This document shows, one piece after another, positions 43,601 to 52,886 of a DNA stretch of 64,000 nt (position 1 is the first letter of the stretch; the number at the start of each line of letters is the position of its first letter). Source of the DNA: Candidatus Woesearchaeota archaeon. Lineage in GTDB: Archaea; Nanobdellota; Nanobdellia; Pacearchaeales; GW2011-AR1. Where the stretch lies: assembly GCA_964651965.1 (NCBI GenBank), contig CAZYZS010000004.1:18244-82243 (forward strand), written 5' to 3'. The position numbers and the translations under genes are program-made. The notes under the pieces were generated by a model that saw only the letters and a program-made list of their open reading frames with translations, searched no databases and had not been told where the DNA came from.

Positions 43601-45524
43601 AAATTATTCAGCTATTTCTTTATTACATACTAAGACGTTAGTTGTTAATGGTCCTCCTTCATTAAGTGTTGCTGTAAGCCAGCCAACTTACAAAGCAGGG
43701 TCTCAAATTACAGGAACTTTAACAATGTCGGATTTAGAAAATGATCAGTTAAGTATTTGGTGTGGTATTGGTACTGCTAATAACTTCTGTGGAACACTTG
43801 ATTATTGGGTTTATGAAGATCCTCTAAATACGCAAAGCCTTTCTTGTAGCGGCAGTTTAATTGATGACGGTACTAATGGTGTAAAATGGTTAGTTTGTAG
43901 AGTATCTGATAGTCCTGGAAATTTGATAATTGATTCTTCAGATGATTATATTGCAGATGGCACTACCCCTACAATCACGATTACTTCTATAGGTGGAGAC
44001 ACAACTGCGCCTTATGTCACACCAGATACAACCCCTTCTGCTGTTTTGTCGACTCAAGAGAGTGCAACTTGCAGGGCAAGTTTTGATGATGAAGGTTATG
44101 ATGATATGGCAGATGATTATGATTGTGGTCCTGCAGGGACGAGTCATACTTGTGATTTGGGGTTGTGGACTGAGGGTCCTTATACGGTTTATTTTGCATG
44201 TGTTGATTCGATTGGAAATAATCATACATCTGCAACAAACACAGAGGCTGATTTTACAATTAAGATTACTCCCCCCACTATAACAGTTGTTGCTGTTGGA
44301 GCTGATGATTCTTCTCCATATTCTGTTTCAGACACTTCATCTTCATTAACTAGAAATGTTACAACTAGCGAAAGTGCAACCTGTAAATGGGACGATGCAG
44401 ATGTAGGATATGATTCAATGGGTTATAGTTGCAGTGCAGATGCAGGAGGAACAGGGCATGCATGCGGGGGGGCTGGAAAGGGTGATGGGAGCTATACAGA
44501 TTATATTGCATGTGTTGATGAGGTTGGAAATAATCATACATCTGGAACAAACACAGAAGTAAGTTACGAGATTGATTCTACTGCTCCAATACAATCAGGG
44601 CATTCTCCTTCAGATGGATCGACAATTTATACTTATTCTCCTGCAATAACTTTCTCAACTGATGAGGATGCAAGGTGCTTATGGAGTTTGACAGACCAAG
44701 ATTATGGAAGCATGTCTGGGAGCAATACATGTGATTCTTCTTATACAACCTCACACTCTTGTTCTGTTTCTGGATTAACAGGAGATATAGATTATGTTTA
44801 TACAGCTTGTGCGGATGATACGGAGTATTATGCAAATGAGGATACAGCAGGAACAAACACACATTTGGGTTATTATATACTGCAGCTTAATGTTTCTTTA
44901 TCAAAAGGATGGAATCTGTTTGCAGTTATATCCAATTATTCCAATGACGGGAAGGATAGGAATATTTCAGTTGAAGCAGGGTGGAATTTAATTGGATATT
45001 CTAGTAATGTTTCTGTTAATTTAAGCCAGGTAATTTTTACAAATTCTTCTGGTTCAAGATATACATGGCAGCAGGCAATAAGTGCAAGAAAAGTCCAGGC
45101 ATATTTAATTTACAGGGAAAATAACAGGTACAAATATGTAGGCTTGGAAGGAAGTGGGATGCATGATTATGCCTTAAAACCTGGAAGAGCATCTTGGGAT
45201 CATGTATCGGAGCCAGGTAACATTACCTTGCCAGGCGTTGGGGGAAGCCCGCCTCAAAGCCAAGGTCAAACCTTTAGTTTTAGCAGTTTGCAGTTCCATA
45301 ATGGAACAAATTTGGCAAACATGGCACAGATGACTGCTGGAACTTATGATTGGGTGTTCTTACAAAACGATTTTATTTATTTTAGAGATGTGGATATAAA
45401 TGATTTTGAGGATATCTGTGGGAATATAATGGAGTGCTACACTGGTAAAACAACTGTTTCTCCGTGGGAAGGGTATTTTATCTGGAGTGATTATAATAAT
45501 ATAACTATGATTGTCTATCCTTAA
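40626..45524 (+). CDS. Giant surface protein (1632 aa) with Cys-rich repeats and Ig-like repeats
   Basis: N-terminal TM. It has a ~320-aa module shared with ORF 47036..52462, about ten GC-x-W-x2-C-x-G repeats, and three ~100-aa repeats ending in ..ACVD.(I/V)GNNHTS. Confidence 0.7.
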   Translation: MGHKRAFKKGAKKKSVKRVRAVLFFCILAAVLILLLLYLNSSKNPSSEQVESYGQLANLPASGNLAQVNETEEAVITTFQSTAVIGQPVKWTKQIVPKEEGSLIVEIPKQAENIDINKVKEDAEASIISGEVIKGSSEVKVSYLKSTLKKILGLTGRTVDEQFIEINMNIDESGAEYYIKYETPAPEATELLLSENEKKIIISAPDHLGYKNILAFTSLPREVPYNNLKLYHEIDGIKERVEAKGYDKNENGLIDYIEWNVPHLSNQSYLLVIEISKAEHLDENKEFVSDIYNEVVKQDGLWSETISNNEYVRATFEQALDNSRDITLYARASGEARIEVYISGTDAKIAEFESIAGENTYKVYLTEIPDGKSYETFDLKVIGAVELDYIVDPSSYCYNNPGASTCDSFDSNQAGCGATASDPQYGCAWEACNGTATACSGLSQSSCGATVNDPQYGCSWVGCNGSVLLCEDSLFDNNKVECLDQYGCYWDGCSGSADYCSSFTDVSCNNQGGCNWDACSGSTPDCDSHTGISNQAACSAAGCDNLGSPDYVCYGAHNSCDSYDSYDESEKSNCELVGCSWSGCTGTAYTCNGAELNDNKNGCLDQGGCHWEGCYNNPGATACSSVTQLHCNSQGGCSWTGCSGTATTCNGLDSSQSQCNGQLGCSWSACNGTATACYNLNTSYSSCTNQAGCSYQYNDVCSGVDISASGTGCGGNHEIGTAITLTYNASCQSDPLSTMSYTNLGVYEGLSTLLECNNFLSTGDCSSTANYNQEVNWTPGDSVGATSYYASCYAGPVASESCAEQGEEECVITWRDTVNPTINILSSPSANYVCSGSYEFSAYVWDLDLYEWFFTGGPSTCSGGGGACPSNICTVSCSGLGAGTYSQHWSASDNSFNDNDTYPSFTINKATPTGSLSVSTATLWDHSDSWGINNGTEFTIGVTESNCGDGDVVYKIWRKKVGESSWVDVGSGETWTPTRGSYTYVLNTTGGQNYSAISLLHTKTLVVNGPPSLSVAVSQPTYKAGSQITGTLTMSDLENDQLSIWCGIGTANNFCGTLDYWVYEDPLNTQSLSCSGSLIDDGTNGVKWLVCRVSDSPGNLIIDSSDDYIADGTTPTITITSIGGDTTAPYVTPDTTPSAVLSTQESATCRASFDDEGYDDMADDYDCGPAGTSHTCDLGLWTEGPYTVYFACVDSIGNNHTSATNTEADFTIKITPPTITVVAVGADDSSPYSVSDTSSSLTRNVTTSESATCKWDDADVGYDSMGYSCSADAGGTGHACGGAGKGDGSYTDYIACVDEVGNNHTSGTNTEVSYEIDSTAPIQSGHSPSDGSTIYTYSPAITFSTDEDARCLWSLTDQDYGSMSGSNTCDSSYTTSHSCSVSGLTGDIDYVYTACADDTEYYANEDTAGTNTHLGYYILQLNVSLSKGWNLFAVISNYSNDGKDRNISVEAGWNLIGYSSNVSVNLSQVIFTNSSGSRYTWQQAISARKVQAYLIYRENNRYKYVGLEGSGMHDYALKPGRASWDHVSEPGNITLPGVGGSPPQSQGQTFSFSSLQFHNGTNLANMAQMTAGTYDWVFLQNDFIYFRDVDINDFEDICGNIMECYTGKTTVSPWEGYFIWSDYNNITMIVYP
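41805..42735 (+). repeat. Array of ~27-aa Cys-rich coding repeats (consensus C..Q.GC.W..C.G.A..C)
   Basis: Read from the translation: YGCAWEACNGTATAC, YGCSWVGCNGSVLLC, YGCYWDGCSGSADYC, GGCNWDACSGSTPDC, VGCSWSGCTGTAYTC, GGCHWEGC, GGCSWTGCSGTATTC, LGCSWSACNGTATAC. Confidence 0.7.
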
Positions 45525-45567
45525 AATAAGCGAAAAGTTTATAAACTTGTAACTACTATATGATAGT

Positions 45568-47010
45568 ATGAAAAACCCATTAGAAGAATTGCTGGTAGGT
45601 GCAGTAAAAAATGCTGGAAAAGCTGTGAGGGGTATTGGCAGATTTGTTAGAAAGCATAGGCGAGGATTAACTACTTTAGCCTTACCACTTGCTATGGCTG
45701 GTAAGGCGGATGCAGAAGGGCTGGCTATGACCTATCATGTGGATGGAATTGGGGGCTCTAATTGTTATGTTGTTTTTGTTGCAGGGGCTAGTCGCGGGTT
45801 GGATGATTTTGATAATATCCGTGAAGATATCCCTCGTCCTGATCAAGCTTATATTGAAGCTAATGGGAGTGTTGAAGGAGTAGAAGTTAAAGGGGTTGCT
45901 AATCCTCCCTTGAAATTAGGAGAGTCTTCTTCTGAAAGTTTTAATGGCAGCATAAAGGTTCAAACAGGCACTGTCAATTTAGATAAAGCATCACATTATT
46001 TAACATGGTCGGCGGATTTACCTGGTTGTAAGGTTTATATTAATGGAGTAGATGCAGGAACAACTAACAGATTAGATTTTGGGACTTTAACAGAAACATT
46101 GGGAGAAGGAGAACATCCAACTGCAAGTTGGAATACTCTTGTTGAATATGTTGGTAATGGTAATGGCGGAGAGCCAAACAATCCTCCTGTTGTTGTAAGA
46201 AAACCTCATGAAATTTTAATCGAAGATGTGCATACATTTATGGGGTCTTCTAGCCTTATTTTAAGGGCTAAAGAAGGAACTCTGCAGGATGTTGAACATC
46301 CTGGGACTGCAATTGGACTTCCTCCTCCCGCAATTGTTGTAGCTAAAGATGGAAAATATTTCACAGTACACGAAAAAGATGTAAACGATGTAGGCTCTGT
46401 TTTTTTACAGGAAAGATGGTTTTCAGGCTATGATGGGCAGAATATTAACATTAACCGTAAAGAAACACATAATTTGCGGGTTCATCTTACTCAAGGATCT
46501 TTGAATGGAACTACAATATTTCGAGAATATATTCCACTTGCAGGAGATGCTACGAATCCATATCCTGATGCAGAGAGTTTTCCTCCATATCAACTTGAAA
46601 CAGGGCTAAAAGCCCCTGGAGACATTATGGAAATTCCTCTTAAAGCTTATCCTAAAAAAGTACTTTCTGGAGATGCAACTAATTATGGTTTGCTAACACA
46701 ATCTTCAATGGCAGATACTGCCCCTGGATTGGGAGATGGCAGAGTAGATTTGAGGGATTTTGCTAGATTTGCAAGAGACTGGAGAAGAGTAGGAAATTCG
46801 CAACATGATTATGTAAAGGTTGATCCAAATGGGGAAATGCAGGCCGGAATAGGCGGAGATGGGGCAGTCAGTGGTCCTGATTTGGTTTTTTTTTGTGATG
46901 AATACCTTCGAGGTACTGCTCCAAAAGGAGCAACTCCTAAGGAGTTAGGGAATTTAGCATATTGGGCCCATCAGGAAATGATGGAAAAGGCAACTTCTGG
47001 AAAGAAATAA
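45568..47010 (+). CDS. Secreted protein (480 aa) with a C-terminal dockerin-like repeat pair
   Basis: Hydrophobic segment LTTLALPLAMAGKADA. The C-terminal LGDGRVDLRDFARFARDW and GGDGAVSGPDLVFFCDEYL resemble the two Ca-binding dockerin segments. A TATA-like aaagtttataaac lies ~25 nt upstream. Confidence 0.45.
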   Translation: MKNPLEELLVGAVKNAGKAVRGIGRFVRKHRRGLTTLALPLAMAGKADAEGLAMTYHVDGIGGSNCYVVFVAGASRGLDDFDNIREDIPRPDQAYIEANGSVEGVEVKGVANPPLKLGESSSESFNGSIKVQTGTVNLDKASHYLTWSADLPGCKVYINGVDAGTTNRLDFGTLTETLGEGEHPTASWNTLVEYVGNGNGGEPNNPPVVVRKPHEILIEDVHTFMGSSSLILRAKEGTLQDVEHPGTAIGLPPPAIVVAKDGKYFTVHEKDVNDVGSVFLQERWFSGYDGQNININRKETHNLRVHLTQGSLNGTTIFREYIPLAGDATNPYPDAESFPPYQLETGLKAPGDIMEIPLKAYPKKVLSGDATNYGLLTQSSMADTAPGLGDGRVDLRDFARFARDWRRVGNSQHDYVKVDPNGEMQAGIGGDGAVSGPDLVFFCDEYLRGTAPKGATPKELGNLAYWAHQEMMEKATSGKK

Positions 47011-47035
47011 AATTAAAATCAGTTTTTCTATATCT

Positions 47036-50000
47036 TTAATCCTTTATTGTTCTGTTGTAAATTGTCCATATATTCCTCTCATCTCTGTTTAATAGATTGG
47101 CTATTTCTATGTATCTTAATTGTTTTTCTTTAAGATAGCTTATTATTGCTTCTAATGCTGTTAATTCTCCTGAGAATATTGACAATGGAATTTCGATGCC
47201 TTTTCTTATCTCTAGCTTTTCTGGCATTTTCTCTCTTGCTTTGTTATAAGATGCCCAGACTGTTCTCTCGTTTCTATTTATTATTTGTGATATCTCATGA
47301 TAAGTTAATTGCATATTTTCTTTAAGATACTTGACAACAGCCTCTAATCCTCCCAATTGTTTTGTGAAGATGCTTAGAGGGACGGAGACTTTATCTTTTA
47401 TTTCTTTTAGAGTTATTTCTGGCTTTATTTCTTCTTTTGTTATCTTCTTTGCTTTTTTGCTTATCTTGTTATAAATTGTCCAGATGTTTCTCTCGTCCCT
47501 GTTTAATAATTCTGCTATCTCTTTGTTTCTAAACTCCTTTTCTTTAAGGTAGTTGATTATTGCTTCTAAGGCTGTTAACTCTGTACTAAAGATTGATAAT
47601 GGAACAGAAATTCCTTTTTCTTCTTTCTCTTTTACTTTTAATTTCTCTGGCATCTTTTCTCTTGCCTTGTTATAAGATGCCCAGACTGTCCTTTCATCTC
47701 TGTTGATTAATTGAGATATTTCATGATAAGTTAATTGTAAATTTTCTTTAAGATACTTAACAACTGCCTCTAAGCCCCCTAATTGTTTCGTGAATACACT
47801 TATAGGTATTTTTTCTTCTCTTAGCTTTCTTAGTTTAGTAAACAAAACGGCTGCTCTTTTCTTTTTCTTTCTACTTCTGACTACTGCCAATACTGTTAAG
47901 CTCGCGAGTAGATCTACTTCCCAAGATCCTTCTTTTGCTGTAGAAAAAGCCTGTGTTTGAGTTAAGTCGCTTCCAACTATCTTTAAGCAAAAGTAGAATT
48001 CTTCTTGTGCAGTTCCATCGCCTCTGGTATAGTTTCCTTTTGGAAGTGTTGAAGATGCTATCTGTGTAAAAAGGCCATGCTGCATAGAAGTTGCTGCGCA
48101 TTCAGGTTTTAAAGGGCCTGTTTCTGTTCCAATAGAGAAATTTTCTGCCCATAAATATTTAGTATCGTCTGCTTCTCCTCTTAGATTAGTTGCATTTACT
48201 GGGAAATTGATTAAAGGAACATTTCCTATGTTGTTTATTTTTAGAGAGTTGCTTGCTGTTTGATTTTCTGAACCGGGCATAAGTGCTTGCCAGGTTATGA
48301 ATGGGACACTTGCATTTATTATGGATAACTGCTCTCCTACTTCTTGTATTGTTTCATTCACTGCAGAAGCTCCTCCTATATCTTTTATTTGAACATTGGC
48401 TGTCCAGGTATCATTTACATCCCACCACCACATTGTAATATTACAGGTATAATTTGCATAATCTCCCGAAGATTGTTTTTCTTGGCATGAACTAACGTTT
48501 CTTAATTCCTCACTCGGGAACGACATATTTGCATAGGAAGTTGCATCGTCGAGATCTGCTGCAGAGTCGGGATCATAAGCTGTGAAATTAATTTCTGCAA
48601 AACTAGGGTCTGGACCTTCGTTTATTGTAACTGCTAGGCTTTGATTGTAAACGGTTATTATTTCTGGGGCGGTGTTTAGGATTGTTAATTTGGAAGAATT
48701 TACCCAAGAACTATAGTCTGAGCCGTCGTGAAGTCTTATTCCGCAGCTCCAGTTATCTCCTTTGGTTGTGTTGGTATTATGAAGAGAAGCATTGAAAAGA
48801 GTTCCAGAATCATAGCTGTTGTTGTAATCAAATCTGAACTGATAAGAATTTTCTTTGTACCATTCTACTGAGACATTCAATGAATTAGAATCAGGGTCAG
48901 AAATTGTGGCTCTGCACCATAAATCTTGGAGAGTTTTGTTGCTTCCATCTGTGGAGTTTATATTTACTATCGGATTATTTGGAGCATTTCCAGTATTAAC
49001 TGTAAACTCTATTTGTTCAGTGTTATTTATGTTGTTCACAGTATCGTTGCACCAGAACTTGGCAGTAAACGAGTCTTCTTTCATTGTTGTGTTTGTAAAA
49101 TTAAAATAAGTATCATTATATCTGGTCATCGTATAATTATATTCCCAGTTATTTATTGTAAACTTGCAATTGCTTATGTTTTCATTAGAAGAAACATTGA
49201 ATTCGATAGTAGTTGTGGTGTAAGTTGTGCTTTCAGGACTTTTTATTACAATATTCGGGGCAACTGTGTCAACTGCAAAACTTACAATATTGGAAGAAGC
49301 ATTCATATTTCCTGCTGTATCGTTGCATGCAAAGACAATTGAATGCCCTCCTTGTGTCATTGTTGTGTTTGTAAAATTAAAATAAGTATCATTAAACCTC
49401 GTCATTGTTATATTTGGCGAGCCATCTAAGCTGAATCCGCACCAGCTCGAGTTTTCATTTAAACTTACATTAAAGCTCATTGTTGTTGATGCATAAGTCG
49501 TATTGGTAGGAGAAACAATAGTCATAAGAGGTTTAGTTGTATCAACTGCAAATGCCTTTGTTTCTGTATTATTAGTATTGTTTAGTGTATCATTGCACCA
49601 GAACTTGGCAATGTAACTTCCCTCAGGAACCGAACTATTGGTAAAATTAAAATAAGTATCATTATATCTAGTCATTGTATAATTAGATTCCCAATTATTT
49701 ATTGTAAACTTGCAGAAGGATAAGTTCTCGTTGGAAGAAACATTGAAGTTTATAGTTGAGGTGCTGTAAGTTGTATTAGTTGGGCTTTTTATTATAATAT
49801 TTGGGGCAACTGTATCTTGGCTGTATCCTATCTTAACGTATAGATAAGAAGCTGCGTTAATAGAGGCATTGTATCCGGTATTTGTTCTCATATCACGAGA
49901 GGCAATTGGTGTGGAGTAAGTGGCATCTGTTCCGTAATAAGTAAAGTTCATGTAATACTCGCTTCCGTCGAGAGACGCCCAGCTGAAATTCAAGCTACCA

Positions 50001-52462
50001 GTTTGGGCAGTATCTATGTGGTACTCTAGATATAACGTTCTTGGGTTTTCAGAGGCATTCCAGGAATCAACTGCTAAATGGTAATGTGTTCCATCAGTTA
50101 TGTTGGAATAAAATTCTGAGTACTCTGAAGGCGGAGGTTCGCTTTCAATATCGTAGGCATCAAATCCTGATGTAGAATCTGGATTAGTTTTAAGAAAAAC
50201 GCTTGCTGTATAGCTATTTATGGTCCCAATTATCTCAAGATTTAAGTTAGGGTCAATTACATAGTCTAATTCAACTGAGCCGAGGATTTTTAAATCAAAA
50301 GAGTTGTAACTTTCGCTTCCTAAATTATTCAAGTAAACTCTGTACCATCCTTCTTCACTAATATTTTCAAAAGAAGTTATTAGTTCGCTGCTGTCTTTTG
50401 CATACACTTCAATTCTGGAATTTTCAGAACCTCTTGCATATATTTTTATATCGCTGGATTTGGTTAGATTCTCTTCAAAAGTTAATCTAACATACTCGTT
50501 GTTTTTTATTGTCCCACTCCAGATTCCGTCAATAGCTTTAACTTCGGGATAGATATCAGAAATAAAATTTCTGTTTTCATCCAAGTGTTCTGCTTGAATT
50601 ATGTTTATTATCAGAAGATAAGACTGGTTGGATAAATGAGGAACATTCCATTCAATGTAATCGACTAGACCATTTTGATTAGTGTCATAGGCCTTAATCT
50701 GAACTCTTTTGTTTTCTGTTTGATGATATAGAGCTATCTGGTTTATTGGAACTTCTTTAGGAAGAGTTGTATATGCTAGGATATTTTCATATCCCAAGTT
50801 ATCAGGGGCTGAAACTATGATCTGCTTTTCGTTTTTAGAAATGTTTATCTCTGTTGCTTCTGGGGCAGGGGTCTCATAAGTTATTTCATATTTAGAGGCA
50901 TTGTCTTCAATGACTACATCAACTGATTGCGGAGTTTCTTCTGTTGTAACCGCCCTTCCTGTTAAAGCTGAAAAAAGCCGGGTGAAAAATCCCGGTTTTT
51001 GATTTCCTTCAATTGCTTGGCCTGTAATGCCAGAAGTTATAGAAAAAGCAGCAGGCTCGCTTTCTTCTTGTATTTTATAGGACTCGATTTTGTTAACTTC
51101 TATATTTTCAGCTTCTTTTGGAAGCTCTACCTTTATTTTTCCTGGCTTATCTAATTCTATTCTCTTTGTCCAATTTACAGGCTGGCCTATGACTATTCTT
51201 GAGAAGGTGGTGTTAATTAGGGTTATGTTTGTATCTGTAAGGTTTATAACAGATTCGTTTAATTCTATTGTTTCATTTATTTTTGCTTCACTTAGGATTT
51301 CGTAGATTATTTCTTCCAAGAAAACAGAAGCATTGTTAATTTCAATTCTTAGGCTATATGAAGATTGGTTGAGATTTAGAGAGGAAAGGTCGCAGGTTTC
51401 TTCGCATATTTTGTTGAATCTTCTTATTTCTTTTTGTTTCGGGATTTCTTCTTTTTCTTCTGGTGGAACAGTTGGTTGGGTTATATTTGTTTCAGTTATA
51501 TTTTCTGGCTGCACTTCAGTTACATTTTCTTCTTGTATTACTTTTGAAGCTGTTTGGTTTTCTTCTGGTAAAATTTCAGAGACAGCTGGCTCTTCACTTC
51601 GTTCAGAGGAGCTAGCAGGCTCTTCGCCTTGCTCAGAGGAGACAGAGGGCTCTTCTTGGGGTTGACTCGGAGCAATTTCTTGCTCTTTTGGAGCCCCCTG
51701 TTCTTCTGAATAGGATAGTGATTCTTGTGGGGTTTCTGAAGGAGTAGAAGCTGAAGCCTCCTGTGAGGCTTTGGATGGTAAGTCAGTTGAACTTGTTTGT
51801 GAGGATTCTGGCGGAGATGATTCGGTTGAAGAAGATTCAGAAGAGGCAGCAGAAGAGGATTCAGAAGCTGCTGCTTCATCAACAGCCAAGCCAGTCAGGC
51901 TTGCTTGTTTTGCTTTTAGGTTAGAGCTATCGAGAATTAAGTAATTATCCAGATATATTTTAACTTCTCCTTCGCCTTCAATTAATCCTGAAAGTCTTGC
52001 AGAGAGCAACTGGCCTGGATTTTGAATCTGCCATTCGTAAGTTTCAGAAGAAGAGAAAGTTAGATTAAGTTTTTCTGTGTACTCTTGTTTTTGTTCCTGT
52101 ACAACTAAACCTAGCATAGTTCCCCGGAAATAAAATAAAGTTACAGACACTAAGGAAATAAAAAGGAGAAATAAAAAAACAGCCAGTATCTTTTTACCTG
52201 TGGATTTTATTTTTTCTTTTTCTATTTTTGATTTGCAGTCTTCTATGTAAGAGTCATAGATTTTCAGCCACTGGCCGAGTGTTTTTCCGTCTCTTTTTTT
52301 GTTCAGCAGTTTTTCGTATTCAGAATAAGTTATTTCTCGGTTTTCACACTTATTTTTTAACCCATTAATATAATTAAGAACTTTACTTTTGTTTTCTTTT
52401 GCTTGTTTGACTCTGCTTCTAAGTTCAACTAAGATACTTCCCTCTTTTTGAGTCAATCCCAT
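47036..52462 (-). CDS. Giant surface protein (1808 aa) with a C-terminal tail of four HTH repeats
   Basis: N-terminal ~90 aa, then TM ILAVFLFLLFISLVSVTLFYF. A Ser/Pro/Glu-rich linker follows, then the module shared with ORF 40626, three ~95-aa repeats and the module shared with ORF 38328. Next come the short hydrophobic LLASLTVLAVV plus RSRKKKKR, and finally 4 HTH-like repeats. Confidence 0.7.
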   Translation of the reverse strand: MGLTQKEGSILVELRSRVKQAKENKSKVLNYINGLKNKCENREITYSEYEKLLNKKRDGKTLGQWLKIYDSYIEDCKSKIEKEKIKSTGKKILAVFLFLLFISLVSVTLFYFRGTMLGLVVQEQKQEYTEKLNLTFSSSETYEWQIQNPGQLLSARLSGLIEGEGEVKIYLDNYLILDSSNLKAKQASLTGLAVDEAAASESSSAASSESSSTESSPPESSQTSSTDLPSKASQEASASTPSETPQESLSYSEEQGAPKEQEIAPSQPQEEPSVSSEQGEEPASSSERSEEPAVSEILPEENQTASKVIQEENVTEVQPENITETNITQPTVPPEEKEEIPKQKEIRRFNKICEETCDLSSLNLNQSSYSLRIEINNASVFLEEIIYEILSEAKINETIELNESVINLTDTNITLINTTFSRIVIGQPVNWTKRIELDKPGKIKVELPKEAENIEVNKIESYKIQEESEPAAFSITSGITGQAIEGNQKPGFFTRLFSALTGRAVTTEETPQSVDVVIEDNASKYEITYETPAPEATEINISKNEKQIIVSAPDNLGYENILAYTTLPKEVPINQIALYHQTENKRVQIKAYDTNQNGLVDYIEWNVPHLSNQSYLLIINIIQAEHLDENRNFISDIYPEVKAIDGIWSGTIKNNEYVRLTFEENLTKSSDIKIYARGSENSRIEVYAKDSSELITSFENISEEGWYRVYLNNLGSESYNSFDLKILGSVELDYVIDPNLNLEIIGTINSYTASVFLKTNPDSTSGFDAYDIESEPPPSEYSEFYSNITDGTHYHLAVDSWNASENPRTLYLEYHIDTAQTGSLNFSWASLDGSEYYMNFTYYGTDATYSTPIASRDMRTNTGYNASINAASYLYVKIGYSQDTVAPNIIIKSPTNTTYSTSTINFNVSSNENLSFCKFTINNWESNYTMTRYNDTYFNFTNSSVPEGSYIAKFWCNDTLNNTNNTETKAFAVDTTKPLMTIVSPTNTTYASTTMSFNVSLNENSSWCGFSLDGSPNITMTRFNDTYFNFTNTTMTQGGHSIVFACNDTAGNMNASSNIVSFAVDTVAPNIVIKSPESTTYTTTTIEFNVSSNENISNCKFTINNWEYNYTMTRYNDTYFNFTNTTMKEDSFTAKFWCNDTVNNINNTEQIEFTVNTGNAPNNPIVNINSTDGSNKTLQDLWCRATISDPDSNSLNVSVEWYKENSYQFRFDYNNSYDSGTLFNASLHNTNTTKGDNWSCGIRLHDGSDYSSWVNSSKLTILNTAPEIITVYNQSLAVTINEGPDPSFAEINFTAYDPDSAADLDDATSYANMSFPSEELRNVSSCQEKQSSGDYANYTCNITMWWWDVNDTWTANVQIKDIGGASAVNETIQEVGEQLSIINASVPFITWQALMPGSENQTASNSLKINNIGNVPLINFPVNATNLRGEADDTKYLWAENFSIGTETGPLKPECAATSMQHGLFTQIASSTLPKGNYTRGDGTAQEEFYFCLKIVGSDLTQTQAFSTAKEGSWEVDLLASLTVLAVVRSRKKKKRAAVLFTKLRKLREEKIPISVFTKQLGGLEAVVKYLKENLQLTYHEISQLINRDERTVWASYNKAREKMPEKLKVKEKEEKGISVPLSIFSTELTALEAIINYLKEKEFRNKEIAELLNRDERNIWTIYNKISKKAKKITKEEIKPEITLKEIKDKVSVPLSIFTKQLGGLEAVVKYLKENMQLTYHEISQIINRNERTVWASYNKAREKMPEKLEIRKGIEIPLSIFSGELTALEAIISYLKEKQLRYIEIANLLNRDERNIWTIYNRTIKD
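47039..47845 (-). repeat. Tandem ABAB coding repeats (~200 bp each) encoding four HTH-like units
   Basis: A units: ..FTKQLGGLEAVVKYLKEN(L/M)QLTYHEISQ(L/I)INR(D/N)ERTVWASYNKAREKMPEKL. B units: ..LTALEAII(N/S)YLKEK..(K/I)EIA(E/N)LLNRDERNIWTIYN. The A1/A2 DNA appears ~85% identical by eye. Confidence 0.75.
48990..49815 (-). repeat. Three tandem ~285-bp coding repeats (~95-aa beta-rich modules); boundaries approximate
   Basis: Each repeat contains (S)PT/ESTTY..T(T/I)..FNVS.NEN.S.C.F...N.TMTR(Y/F)NDTYFNFTN...F.CNDT. Confidence 0.65.
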
Positions 52463-52713
52463 ACTTATTATTTGTTAAAAATACCTTATAAATATTGTGT
52501 TTTGTACTTACTATGTATGTATTACTCCAGAATTACAAAATAAGGAATTTTTTACTTATTATTTATTAATAAGTATATTTAAATCTTTCTATTTATACTT
52601 ACTATTTATGTATAAAATACAATACGCGCGCATGAACTTATACTAAAGGAAAAAAATTTGTATGATTCTGTAACAATAAAATATTAAAAGGTGATTTTTC
52701 TATTTAGGGGTAT

Positions 52714-52786
52714 GCACGGATGGCGAAGTGGCTAACGCGACCGCCTGCAGAGCGGTTATTCATGGGTTCGAGTCCCATTCCGTGCT
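52714..52786 (+). tRNA. tRNA-Cys (GCA), intronless
   Basis: Hand fold: acceptor GCACGGA/TCCGTGC, anticodon stem ACCGC/GCGGT, loop CTGCAGA, T arm ATGGG-TTCGAGT-CCCAT. Confidence 0.85.
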
Positions 52787-52821
52787 TTTAGTTTTCCTAG
52801 TATTATGTTATCACTATATTA

Positions 52822-52850
52822 TAGTTACAAATAGAAAGATTTATAAAGGC
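52822..52850 (+). promoter_or_regulatory. 29-bp element with a BRE/TATA-like core (tagttacaaatagaaagatttataaaggc), copy 1
   Basis: Exact duplicate at 62605..62633. It is embedded in a ~95-bp similar leader that ends at an ATG (52887). Confidence 0.55.
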
Positions 52851-52886
52851 TTCTTACTCGGTACCACTAAGTAGTACTATTATAAA

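Noticed and set aside
43938-44862. A cluster of 60-96-aa ORFs on both strands inside the 1632-aa gene
   Set aside because: They are all nested in a long uninterrupted ORF with clear repeat structure. Their translations are low-complexity (H/Q/L/I-rich) and lack start signals.
47039-49815. Tandem DNA repeats that could be mistaken for a CRISPR-like array
   Set aside because: The units are ~200-285 bp, diverged, in frame, and translate into protein repeats. There is no short-repeat/unique-spacer periodicity anywhere in the window.
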